Below the pieces are notes generated by a model. It was not told the DNA's origin. It did no database searches and was given only the letters and a program-made list of their open reading frames with translations. The translations under genes and the position numbers were made by a program. 64,000 nt of DNA from a virus. Location: the IMG/VR virus record IMGVR_UViG_3300031951_000076, positions 1-64,000 of that record; one strand, given 5' to 3'. This document shows, one piece after another, positions 1-8,111 of this stretch. The stretch's first letter is position 1. Each line of letters opens with the position of its first letter.

Positions 1-110
1 ATATAGATGACTATAGTCCTATTCTTATACAGTATGGTGAAGGTTCTGAAGCACAAGTGTATTTACACGAAATATTAGTTAAAACTAAAAATGAAAAAGA
101 TGGAAGATAA
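1..110 (+). CDS. 3' end of a hypothetical phage protein (partial, begins before the window)
   Basis: Frame from nt 3 reads IDDYSPILIQYGEGSEAQVYLHEILVKTKNEKDGR* without stops and overlaps the next gene start. Confidence 0.5.
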   Translation, partial: IDDYSPILIQYGEGSEAQVYLHEILVKTKNEKDGR

Positions 111-288
111 ACATATGCAGTTATACCAAGAGTTAATTGATGAAGTAATAGCTGAAATACATCTTGGTTTACAAGAAAGAGATTTAGAAGCTATAGAAGA
201 GCTTCTTAGATTTTGTCCTACAGAAAATTTAATAGGATACTTACCAGAAAGATTACATCTTAACTTTAAACCTTTATTAAATGAATAA
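91..288 (+). CDS. small acidic hypothetical protein (65 aa)
   Basis: Member of a chain of overlapping + strand ORFs; start could be 91, 100 or 115. Confidence 0.65.
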   Translation: MKKMEDKHMQLYQELIDEVIAEIHLGLQERDLEAIEELLRFCPTENLIGYLPERLHLNFKPLLNE

Positions 289-493
289 TGAAAAAGTAGA
301 AAAGCATAAAGAGCTTTTGTTACAAATGTTTAAACTAAATAATGACTTAATTGATATACAAGAAGAGAAGTTTAAAATTCTTACAGATTTTTTAGAATAT
401 GAAGAAGCCCTTACAAAAGACAAGGATACAGCATCCAGAATTAAAACACTATTAACAACTATAGGTATATGGCAGACTTCCACAACACAGTAA
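281..493 (+). CDS. small coiled-coil hypothetical protein (70 aa)
   Basis: Overlaps both neighbours; helical heptad-like composition. Confidence 0.65.
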   Translation: MNNEKVEKHKELLLQMFKLNNDLIDIQEEKFKILTDFLEYEEALTKDKDTASRIKTLLTTIGIWQTSTTQ

Positions 494-681
494 TGGGAAA
501 GAAATTCTATCAACATGATGTGCCTGAATTAATTCATCAGCTTACAAGAATAGCTGATGCTTTACAAGCAGGTAAAAAAGATCAAGAAGTGGGTTCAAGT
601 TTTAGTGCAGTAAAAACATATATTCAAAACTTTCCTAATGATGCAGATTTAGGAAAACAAATTAGAGCAATATGGAGTTAG
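469..681 (+). CDS. hypothetical protein (70 aa)
   Basis: Coupled ORF; phage-like FHNTVMGKKFY N-terminus and FPNDADLGKQIR C-terminus. Confidence 0.7.
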   Translation: MADFHNTVMGKKFYQHDVPELIHQLTRIADALQAGKKDQEVGSSFSAVKTYIQNFPNDADLGKQIRAIWS

Positions 682-1703
682 AAACATTGATGACTGAAGA
701 AAATATTAAAAGTTTAGAAAATGATTTTTATTCTAAACCTTTTCAATTTTCTTATAGTAGTTTAAATAAGCTTATGTGGAATCCACAGGCTTTTTATCAA
801 ATGTATGTATTAGGAAATAGAGAGGAGAAAACTGAATCTTATCTCGTTAATGGTAAGGTGATTCATTGTCTTCTTTTAGAACCAGCAAAGTTTGATGAGC
901 AATTTATTGTAAGTCCTACAACATTACCTACAGGTAATACAAAAACTGTAGTTGATGCTGTATTTAGACATGCTGTAGAACTTCAAAAACAAGGTGATCA
1001 AAGAACAGAGTTTGTAGATTTTGCTGACGCTGTATTGGATGTATTAGCTGATATGAATTTACATCAAACACTTAAGACAGATCAACAGCGTATAGATAAA
1101 ATATACACTAGTGACGCAATAAGTTATTGGGATTTTCTCAAATCGAAAGGTGCAAAAACACTTATTGATTATGATACACACCAGTTTTGCAAAACTGCAG
1201 TTGATCTTATTAAAACTGATAACAATATCTGTTCTTTAATTGGATGTAATGTTACAGAATTTGATGGTAAAGATGTTTATAATGAACTACCTTTGTCTGT
1301 AAATATAAATCACAGAGCTTTTGGTTTAAAAGGTATTATTGATAATGTAGTAGTTGATCATAATAGTAAAACTATTTTTGTTAATGATATTAAAACTTCA
1401 AGTAAAGATTTAAAAGATTTTACAGAATCTGTTGATTTCTATAACTATTGGCTTCAAGCTGCAATTTATTCTAGTTTAATTGGAATTAAATTCTTAAATT
1501 TAATTGAAGGAGGATACGAAGTGAAGTTTAACTTTATTGTTATTGATAGAAGTTTTCAAACGTATTCTTTTTATGTTACACCAGATACTATGAATAAATG
1601 GATTACAAAACTAGGAGAAACTTTACATAAAGCAGATTGGCATTATACTAATAAGAACTATACACTTCCATATGAATTTGCAATAGGTAAAGTGACTCTA
1701 TAA
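672..1703 (+). CDS. PD-(D/E)XK exonuclease (exonuclease VIII/DUF3799-like)
   Basis: FSYSSL N-terminus, GKVIHCLLLEP, E..L, KGIIDN, DIKTS, YWLQAAIY motifs. Confidence 0.85.
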   Translation: MELETLMTEENIKSLENDFYSKPFQFSYSSLNKLMWNPQAFYQMYVLGNREEKTESYLVNGKVIHCLLLEPAKFDEQFIVSPTTLPTGNTKTVVDAVFRHAVELQKQGDQRTEFVDFADAVLDVLADMNLHQTLKTDQQRIDKIYTSDAISYWDFLKSKGAKTLIDYDTHQFCKTAVDLIKTDNNICSLIGCNVTEFDGKDVYNELPLSVNINHRAFGLKGIIDNVVVDHNSKTIFVNDIKTSSKDLKDFTESVDFYNYWLQAAIYSSLIGIKFLNLIEGGYEVKFNFIVIDRSFQTYSFYVTPDTMNKWITKLGETLHKADWHYTNKNYTLPYEFAIGKVTL

Positions 1704-1713
1704 ATTAGAGAAC

Positions 1714-2283
1714 ATGATTAAACGCATATACAGTAAATATTTTCAAAAATCAAAGTCTTTTTTGTATCCTATTCTTGGTATAAAAAAGAATGATAAATTT
1801 TCACCTGTAAGTACACATCTTGCAATAGAAGGTATGTATGAACCAGGTGATGTAAAATTTATCTGTGTTTTTGATAATATTGATACAGAAGCATTTAAGT
1901 ACTTTGAAACAAAAATGTTAATAGAAAACCCTCTGTTTCATGAAAAACTAACAGATGGTAGTCGTAACATATATGTGTTTGATTATGAAATATATGCAAA
2001 TGACTGGTTTAATTTTATTCTTGGTAAATACTCAAAACTATCAAATGTGGTCAAAAGAGCTATAAAAGCTTATTATGGTGATAAAACTCCAGAATTTCAA
2101 TATATGGATAGTTATATCAATCCTAATGAGTATTATAGTAAATATGCTGAATTATTGGATGTTAGTATTGATGATTTACGTGCTGGTGTTGAATTGTGCG
2201 ATCCTTGTGATTTAGAAAGAGAAACTTTAAAATTAAATCGAGAAAGTTTAGACGAATTATCAAAAAACTATTTAAGTTTGTAA
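1714..2283 (+). CDS. conserved-looking phage hypothetical protein (189 aa)
   Basis: Long ORF in replication operon; FLYPILG and GKYSK motifs. Confidence 0.75.
   Translation: MIKRIYSKYFQKSKSFLYPILGIKKNDKFSPVSTHLAIEGMYEPGDVKFICVFDNIDTEAFKYFETKMLIENPLFHEKLTDGSRNIYVFDYEIYANDWFNFILGKYSKLSNVVKRAIKAYYGDKTPEFQYMDSYINPNEYYSKYAELLDVSIDDLRAGVELCDPCDLERETLKLNRESLDELSKNYLSL
2273..2280 (+). promoter_or_regulatory. candidate Bacteroidota sigma-A -7 element TAAGTTTG
   Basis: Matches TAnnTTTG 15 nt before ATG 2296 with an A-rich leader; -33 box is imperfect. Confidence 0.4.
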
Positions 2284-2295
2284 AAAATAAAACAT

Positions 2296-2706
2296 ATGTT
2301 AAATTCAATGCTTCTAATTACAGCAAACTGGAACAATAGAAAAAGTTTCAGAATGATTCCTTTCAGCAATGATTGTATTTATAACGAATGTATATTCGAT
2401 TTAGATACAAAAGTTCTTGCTGTTATTGGTAAAGAAAAAAAAGAAAGTTTTCACATGCTTCCTAAGCTCAATGAGTTTGGTGATTTGCAAAGAATGAAAA
2501 TTGGTAAAAGAGAAAATGGGAAAGATTATGCTGAAGAACGCAAATCTTTAGAAACATTTTACGAATATTACATTGAAGATATGAATGAAATTGAAGAATT
2601 TATCAAGTTAGTTGCAAGCAACTCAGATACATTTGATTTTAAAACATATCTTAATGCTGAACTTACTACTAGTACAGCTAGTGGTATTTTTGCACCAACT
2701 TTATAA
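2296..2706 (+). CDS. hypothetical protein (136 aa)
   Basis: ORF with A-rich leader, followed by a terminator. Confidence 0.75.
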   Translation: MLNSMLLITANWNNRKSFRMIPFSNDCIYNECIFDLDTKVLAVIGKEKKESFHMLPKLNEFGDLQRMKIGKRENGKDYAEERKSLETFYEYYIEDMNEIEEFIKLVASNSDTFDFKTYLNAELTTSTASGIFAPTL

Positions 2707-2723
2707 ATAGATACTATAATATT

Positions 2724-2752
2724 AAAAGCGCAGCTTTGTCTGCGCTTTTTTT
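2724..2752 (+). terminator. intrinsic terminator
   Basis: AAAAGCGCAG-ctttgt-CTGCGCTTTT hairpin followed by T tract. Confidence 0.85.
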
Positions 2753-2792
2753 ATCTTTAATGGGGAAACAGCTTAACTGAATACTATTTAAT

Positions 2793-4733
2793 ATGGCAGA
2801 AGAAATAAAAATAGGAAGACATTGGGTTATGGACTATGAAACTATTTGTAATTGTTTCATTGGTGTATTTACTCATTATAAAAAAGATGAAACAAAAGTG
2901 TTTGTTGTTTGCGAACAGCAAAATGACTTTCCTGAACTTGTTTCTTTTCTACAAGACTGTGTTAATAAAAATCAATGGCATATATCTTATAACGGTTTAA
3001 ACTTTGATGCTCAGATATCTCAATATATTCTTGATGTACATACTAAATTAGCTCAACTAGATGGTGAATCTATCGCAAAAGCTATATATAAATTTGCACA
3101 AGAAACTATAGAAAAAACAGATAGAAATGAGTTTGCTACATATCCACCATCTAAACTAAAAATTAGACAAATTGATTTATTTAAAATGAATCACTGGGAT
3201 AATAAAGCAAAGATGTCTAGCTTAAAGTGGATACAATACTCTATGGACTGGAACAATGTAGAAGAGATGCCACATCCACATAACAAAGCTGTGACAGATC
3301 TTCACACTTTGGATTCTGTAATTAAGTATTGTATTAATGATGTGAACTCTACTAAGCAAATTCTAGATCATTCTAAAGAACAAATACAATTGCGCCAAAC
3401 ACTCACTAAAGAGTATGGTATTGATTTGTATTCAGCGTCTGAGCCACGCATTTCTAAAGAATTATTTCTTCATTTTCTTAGTAAAAAGCTTAAGTGGAAT
3501 AAGTCTGAGATTAAAGTATTACGTACAAAACGACAAACTATTTCCTTAAGTGAATGTATTTTGCCTTATGTTAAATTTAGCACGCCTGAATTTAATAGTG
3601 TATTAGATTATTTTAGAACAAAGATTATATCTTCTACAAAAGATGGTTTTAAACACACTATTAAATACAAAGGTGTAAAAACAGACTATGGTTTAGGTGG
3701 TATCCATGGTGCGATTGATTCTGGAGTATATGAAGCTAAACCAGGATGGACAATAATGACATCTGACGTTACTAGTTTCTATCCTAATCTAGCTATTAAA
3801 AATGGATTTCATCCAGCACACTTACCTCAAAGCGAGTTTTGTGAGCTGTATGAGTGGTTCTTTGAAGAGAGAAAGAAAATACCAAAGTCTGATCCTAAAA
3901 ACTATGTATATAAGATTATTCTTAACTCCACATATGGTTTGACTGGCGATGAAAATAGTTTTCTGTATGACCCAAAGATGACAATGCAGATCACTATAAA
4001 TGGTCAGTTATTATTAAGCATGTTATATGAAATGTTGTGTGATAATATCCCAGAGGCTAAACCTTTAATGCAAAATACAGATGGTCTTGAGATGATGATT
4101 CCTGTAGAGAAAATACCTGTATACATGAAAGTGTGTGAGCAATGGGAAAAACTAACACAACTTAGCCTAGAGCATGATGAATATACCAAAATGATTATTG
4201 GTGATGTAAATAATTACATTGCTATACACAAAAATGGTAAAACAAAGTGCAAAGGTAGATTTGAATGGGATGACTTAGAAAAAAAGAAAGTGAGTGTGTT
4301 TCACAAGAATAAAAGCTTTCTAATTATTCCCAAGGCGATTTATGCTTATTTTACACAGGGGATTCTTCCTGAAGACTTTCTAGAGCAAAACCAAAATATC
4401 TATGATTATTGTGGTGCTGTAAAAGCAAAAGGTGGATGGCATTTTGAAGAAAGAAATATTATAGATGGTAACTTATCAAACAAAAGACTTCAGAAGATTG
4501 TTAGATATTATATATCTAATACAGGAGGAAAGCTAGTAAAATGCCATAATGATGGTAGAGAAATACAGGTTGAAGCTGGTCAGTGGCTTCAAACTACTAT
4601 AAATCAAATGACTGACAAACCTTTTAATCAATATGATATAGATCTTAGTTACTATGTTGAGAGTATCTATAAAGAGATAACTCAAATAGAAAAAGTAAGA
4701 CCTAAAGCATATTATCAACTTTCACTTTTTTAA
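2793..4733 (+). CDS. polB: family B DNA polymerase
   Basis: Exo motifs DYET and YNGLNFD, YCIND; Pol motifs SDVTSFYPN, KIILNSTYG, NTDG; KCKG; uninterrupted (no intein). Confidence 0.95.
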   Translation: MAEEIKIGRHWVMDYETICNCFIGVFTHYKKDETKVFVVCEQQNDFPELVSFLQDCVNKNQWHISYNGLNFDAQISQYILDVHTKLAQLDGESIAKAIYKFAQETIEKTDRNEFATYPPSKLKIRQIDLFKMNHWDNKAKMSSLKWIQYSMDWNNVEEMPHPHNKAVTDLHTLDSVIKYCINDVNSTKQILDHSKEQIQLRQTLTKEYGIDLYSASEPRISKELFLHFLSKKLKWNKSEIKVLRTKRQTISLSECILPYVKFSTPEFNSVLDYFRTKIISSTKDGFKHTIKYKGVKTDYGLGGIHGAIDSGVYEAKPGWTIMTSDVTSFYPNLAIKNGFHPAHLPQSEFCELYEWFFEERKKIPKSDPKNYVYKIILNSTYGLTGDENSFLYDPKMTMQITINGQLLLSMLYEMLCDNIPEAKPLMQNTDGLEMMIPVEKIPVYMKVCEQWEKLTQLSLEHDEYTKMIIGDVNNYIAIHKNGKTKCKGRFEWDDLEKKKVSVFHKNKSFLIIPKAIYAYFTQGILPEDFLEQNQNIYDYCGAVKAKGGWHFEERNIIDGNLSNKRLQKIVRYYISNTGGKLVKCHNDGREIQVEAGQWLQTTINQMTDKPFNQYDIDLSYYVESIYKEITQIEKVRPKAYYQLSLF

Positions 4734-4743
4734 AAATTTAAAA

Positions 4744-5550
4744 ATGGCTGCAAATACTCAATTTGTAACAGAAGCAATTGTAAGAAATGCGACTCTACCT
4801 AACCATGGTGGGCGCTATAGTGTTATACCTCACGGTTTTGTTATTGATCAAACTCGTAATCAATTATCAAGTCTTGGTATAGGTATAAAAAATGAATTAT
4901 ATAAGATTAATAAAGATGGGCAAATTGCTCAAGGTATTTATCATTTGGATGTACAAAATGATCCAGAAATGGGTATGATGTTTGCTTGGTCTAACAGCTA
5001 TAATAAAATGATGAAATTTAAGTGTGCTGTTGGTGCTCAAGTGTTTATTTGTATGAATGGTATGGTTGCAGGTGATATGGCTAGCTATGCAAGAAAGCAT
5101 GTAGGTCAAACTGCTATGAACGATGCTATTCAAAATATCCAAACACAGCTTACTTCAGCTAATACATTTTATACAAGGTTAATAGAAGACAAAAATATGC
5201 TTAAAAACATATCTTTGTCTAGAAAAGAGCAGTCATCACTGGTAGGTAGACTCTTCTGTGACGAAGAAATTCTTACACCTACACAAACAAGTATAGTTAA
5301 AAAAGAAATCCACAATCCAAGTTTTAACTATAATTGTTCAAATGATTCTGCGTGGGCATTGTATAATCACGTAACTTTGGCATTGAAGGAGTCTCACCCA
5401 ATTACGTATCTTTCTGACCATCAGAAAGTGCATGATTTCTTTGTAAACGAATTTGGTCAATTGGTTACTCCACAAATTATGGATGAGCAGTTGATTGAGG
5501 AAGTTGCAAATGAAATTGAAGCAGACGTTCTTGGTGTAAATTTCTTATAA
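4744..5550 (+). CDS. DUF932-like protein
   Basis: YSVIPH, NSYNK, GAQVFICMNGM, SAWALYNHVT motifs typical of DUF932/LGT_TIGR03299-like proteins. Confidence 0.7.
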   Translation: MAANTQFVTEAIVRNATLPNHGGRYSVIPHGFVIDQTRNQLSSLGIGIKNELYKINKDGQIAQGIYHLDVQNDPEMGMMFAWSNSYNKMMKFKCAVGAQVFICMNGMVAGDMASYARKHVGQTAMNDAIQNIQTQLTSANTFYTRLIEDKNMLKNISLSRKEQSSLVGRLFCDEEILTPTQTSIVKKEIHNPSFNYNCSNDSAWALYNHVTLALKESHPITYLSDHQKVHDFFVNEFGQLVTPQIMDEQLIEEVANEIEADVLGVNFL

Positions 5551-5571
5551 GAAAAAAACCAACAAAAGAGA

Positions 5572-5603
5572 GGGGGTGTCAATTTTGGCACCCCTAATTT
5601 TTT
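5572..5603 (+). terminator. intrinsic terminator
   Basis: GGGGTGTCAA-tt-TTGGCACCCC hairpin followed by AATTTTTT. Confidence 0.75.
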
Positions 5604-5631
5604 GTATTATTAAAACCTATTTGTAATTTTA
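5601..5631 (+). promoter_or_regulatory. candidate Bacteroidota-type promoter TTTG-N19-TAATTTTA
   Basis: -33 TTTG (5601-5604), 19-nt spacer, -7 box one mismatch from TAnnTTTG; directly after a terminator and before ATG 5646. Confidence 0.45.
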
Positions 5632-5645
5632 TAAAAATAAATTTT

Positions 5646-6365
5646 ATGGCATTAATAGGTATTAATGGATACGCAAATTCAGGCAAAGACGCTGTTGGAA
5701 TTATAATTCAATATTTAAATTGCACTAATGTAGGTAATTTAACAATTGAAGATGTAATAGAAGACTATGAAGCTCATCAGTGGTGGTTAGAAGAACAATC
5801 TGAATGGGAAATTAAAAAGTACGCAGGTAAGCTTAAAGATATAGCTAGTCATTTAACTGGAATACCTATTGAAGATTTTGAAGATCAAGAATTTAAAAAA
5901 CAAAATCTTGGACCACAATGGACTATTCACGGAATGCCTATGACTGTTAGACAATTTTTACAAAGGCTTGGTACAGATGCATTAAGAGATGGTCTTCATA
6001 CAAATGTATGGGTAAATGCTTTGTTTGCTGATTATCTTCCTTTAGAAGAAGAAGAGAATGTATTTAACAATCAATCAAAAACTATATTTGATGATGTAAT
6101 TAAAAAAGTTACCTACCCTAATTGGGTTATTACAGATGTAAGATTTATCAATGAGGCAAAAGCTATTAAAGATAGAGGAGGTATTATTATTAGAATAGAT
6201 AGACCTGGTGTTACAGCAATAAACAATCATCCATCTGAAACTGATTTAGACAATTGGAAATTTGATTATAAAATTGTAAATAATTCTGATTTAATATCTT
6301 TAAAGTTTAATGTAAAAAACATATTAGAGCATGCTACATTATCAAAAAAAGAAAAAGTATTATAA
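5646..6365 (+). CDS. deoxynucleoside monophosphate kinase (T4 gp1-like)
   Basis: P-loop GYANSGKD, AGKLKD, RQFLQRLGTD, ITDVRFINE, HPSE. Confidence 0.9.
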   Translation: MALIGINGYANSGKDAVGIIIQYLNCTNVGNLTIEDVIEDYEAHQWWLEEQSEWEIKKYAGKLKDIASHLTGIPIEDFEDQEFKKQNLGPQWTIHGMPMTVRQFLQRLGTDALRDGLHTNVWVNALFADYLPLEEEENVFNNQSKTIFDDVIKKVTYPNWVITDVRFINEAKAIKDRGGIIIRIDRPGVTAINNHPSETDLDNWKFDYKIVNNSDLISLKFNVKNILEHATLSKKEKVL

Positions 6366-6749
6366 ATGGATTACAGATGTAAATGTCCTTTTTGTAAAAA
6401 ACCAGATTGGATAAGTGTAGAAGATTATATTATTGAACTTTCTAAATTTTTAGGATATCCTAAATGCTGCACTAAACAATATTTAAAAGATAGATTAGAA
6501 AAAAAAGAATATTTTAATTGTTTTAGAACAAAAGCTGCTTTACGAATAAACAAGCTTTGTTCTTTTGATGCAGGATTTGTTCCTTGTAATTATCATGCTA
6601 GTAAAATTCTTTTTGAAAAGAAAAACTATAAAAGAATTTTTCGAAATAGGATATGCAGCACAGCTTTTCCATATGCTAGTACAGAAGAATTAAAAAGATA
6701 TCTAAAAAAAATTAAAAAGAACTATGCAAATAATAAAGCAAAAAACTAA
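6366..6749 (+). CDS. Cys-rich basic hypothetical protein (possible Zn-binding)
   Basis: CKCPFC and KCC motifs; abuts the kinase stop codon. Confidence 0.6.
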   Translation: MDYRCKCPFCKKPDWISVEDYIIELSKFLGYPKCCTKQYLKDRLEKKEYFNCFRTKAALRINKLCSFDAGFVPCNYHASKILFEKKNYKRIFRNRICSTAFPYASTEELKRYLKKIKKNYANNKAKN

Positions 6750-7575
6750 AACTCTTACAACAAGAGATAATGGGAGAAGTTCAGATGCAATTTCTCCCAA
6801 TTTTATCTATGGTTGTTTAGGAGGATGTATGAAATCTTATTGTTATGTAGGTAGATATAATAATGATAAAGTGTATATTAATGAAAACACAAATCATATT
6901 CTTCATTCCATGAAGAACTGGATGGAAAAACAACCATGGCCCAAGGTTCCTAATCAAGTAGATGATAAATATTATACTATAGATATAGGTTGTAGTACAG
7001 ATGTGGCTCTTATGAGTAAACATTATGACTGGCAAAAAGTATTTGATTTTTTTAATTTCTTTCCTAAAGTTAAAAGCACTTTTGCCACTAAGTATCCATC
7101 AATGTTTGATCCTACTAAATATAACCTAGACCCTTGGAAACATAGAATTAGAGTGAGTTTAATGCCTCAGAAGTATAGTAATGTACTAGAACCTAACACT
7201 GATCTTATATCTGATCGCATACAATCTATACCAAGACTGGAGAAATATATGGAAGTGCATATAAATTTCAGTCCTATTATCTTCCATGATGGGTGGTTAT
7301 ATGAATATGACGAATTGTTTAGAGAAATAGCATATTCAGGTATTGATGTAAAGTGTGAGTGTATTTTTCTTACGTATAACGATATACAACGTGAAAGAAA
7401 TGAACCTATTGTAAATCATTTATGTTGGAAGCCAGAAATACAAGAAAAGAAAGATTCACAATATGCGCCAGATAATATTAGATATAAATGGAATCTTAAA
7501 AGAGATATGATTGCAGAGTTTACAGGTTTATATTCTAGATACTTTGATCCAGCAAACATTAGATATATATTTTAA
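6724..7575 (+). CDS. spore photoproduct lyase-like radical SAM protein
   Basis: GCLGGCMKSYCY cluster motif; DIGCSTD (SplB EASCTSD-like), FATKY, RIRVSL, LEPNT, INFSPII. Confidence 0.8.
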   Translation: MQIIKQKTKTLTTRDNGRSSDAISPNFIYGCLGGCMKSYCYVGRYNNDKVYINENTNHILHSMKNWMEKQPWPKVPNQVDDKYYTIDIGCSTDVALMSKHYDWQKVFDFFNFFPKVKSTFATKYPSMFDPTKYNLDPWKHRIRVSLMPQKYSNVLEPNTDLISDRIQSIPRLEKYMEVHINFSPIIFHDGWLYEYDELFREIAYSGIDVKCECIFLTYNDIQRERNEPIVNHLCWKPEIQEKKDSQYAPDNIRYKWNLKRDMIAEFTGLYSRYFDPANIRYIF

Positions 7576-7577
7576 TT

Positions 7578-7919
7578 ATGAAACAAAAACCATTAACAAG
7601 AGATTTTCTATTAAGCAGAGGATTCTGTTGTAATAATGGTTGTAGAAATTGTCCTTATATGATAGCAAGTAAAACAGATACAGAGATTACAGAAGGTGAA
7701 GAAACATTCTGTATGTTTAAATTAGGAATGGAAGGTTCCTATATGACATCTTTAATAAATACAATATTTAAAGGTGATATGAATCATAGATTTAAATTAG
7801 CTAAAGGTTATCCTGAATTAGTAGAAGTATGTAACAAATACAATAATGAGTCAGGATACTGGCAGGAGTTAGTAGAAAGATGGAACAAAAAATATCCAAC
7901 GCATAAATTATATGCATAA
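7578..7919 (+). CDS. DUF5522-like Cys-rich domain fused to a hypothetical domain
   Basis: N-terminal LLSRGFCCNNGCRNCPY. Confidence 0.7.
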   Translation: MKQKPLTRDFLLSRGFCCNNGCRNCPYMIASKTDTEITEGEETFCMFKLGMEGSYMTSLINTIFKGDMNHRFKLAKGYPELVEVCNKYNNESGYWQELVERWNKKYPTHKLYA

Positions 7920-7929
7920 AATTTAAAAA

Positions 7930-8082
7930 ATGAGTATACAATTTGAAATTTTCTCTAGAGATAGAGCATTATTAGGATTTTCTTACAATAGAGGATCTGC
8001 AACTTCTAAAAATAAACGGGTTATTTTTCATGAATTTGGCGTTGGTGTTTTAGTAATAAATTTTTATATAACATTCTTTTAA
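7930..8082 (+). CDS. 50-aa small protein absent from the ORF track
   Basis: ATG 7930 after A-rich leader, MSIQFEIFSRDRALLGFSYNRGSATSKNKRVIFHEFGVGVLVINFYITFF*, fills the gap up to the terminator. Confidence 0.65.
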   Translation: MSIQFEIFSRDRALLGFSYNRGSATSKNKRVIFHEFGVGVLVINFYITFF

Positions 8083-8111
8083 AAAAAAGAGGAGATTTTC
8101 TCCTCTTTTTT
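8083..8111. terminator. bidirectional intrinsic terminator between convergent gene blocks
   Basis: AAAAAAGAGGAGA-ttt-TCTCCTCTTTTTT perfect inverted repeat with A/T tails on both sides. Confidence 0.9.
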
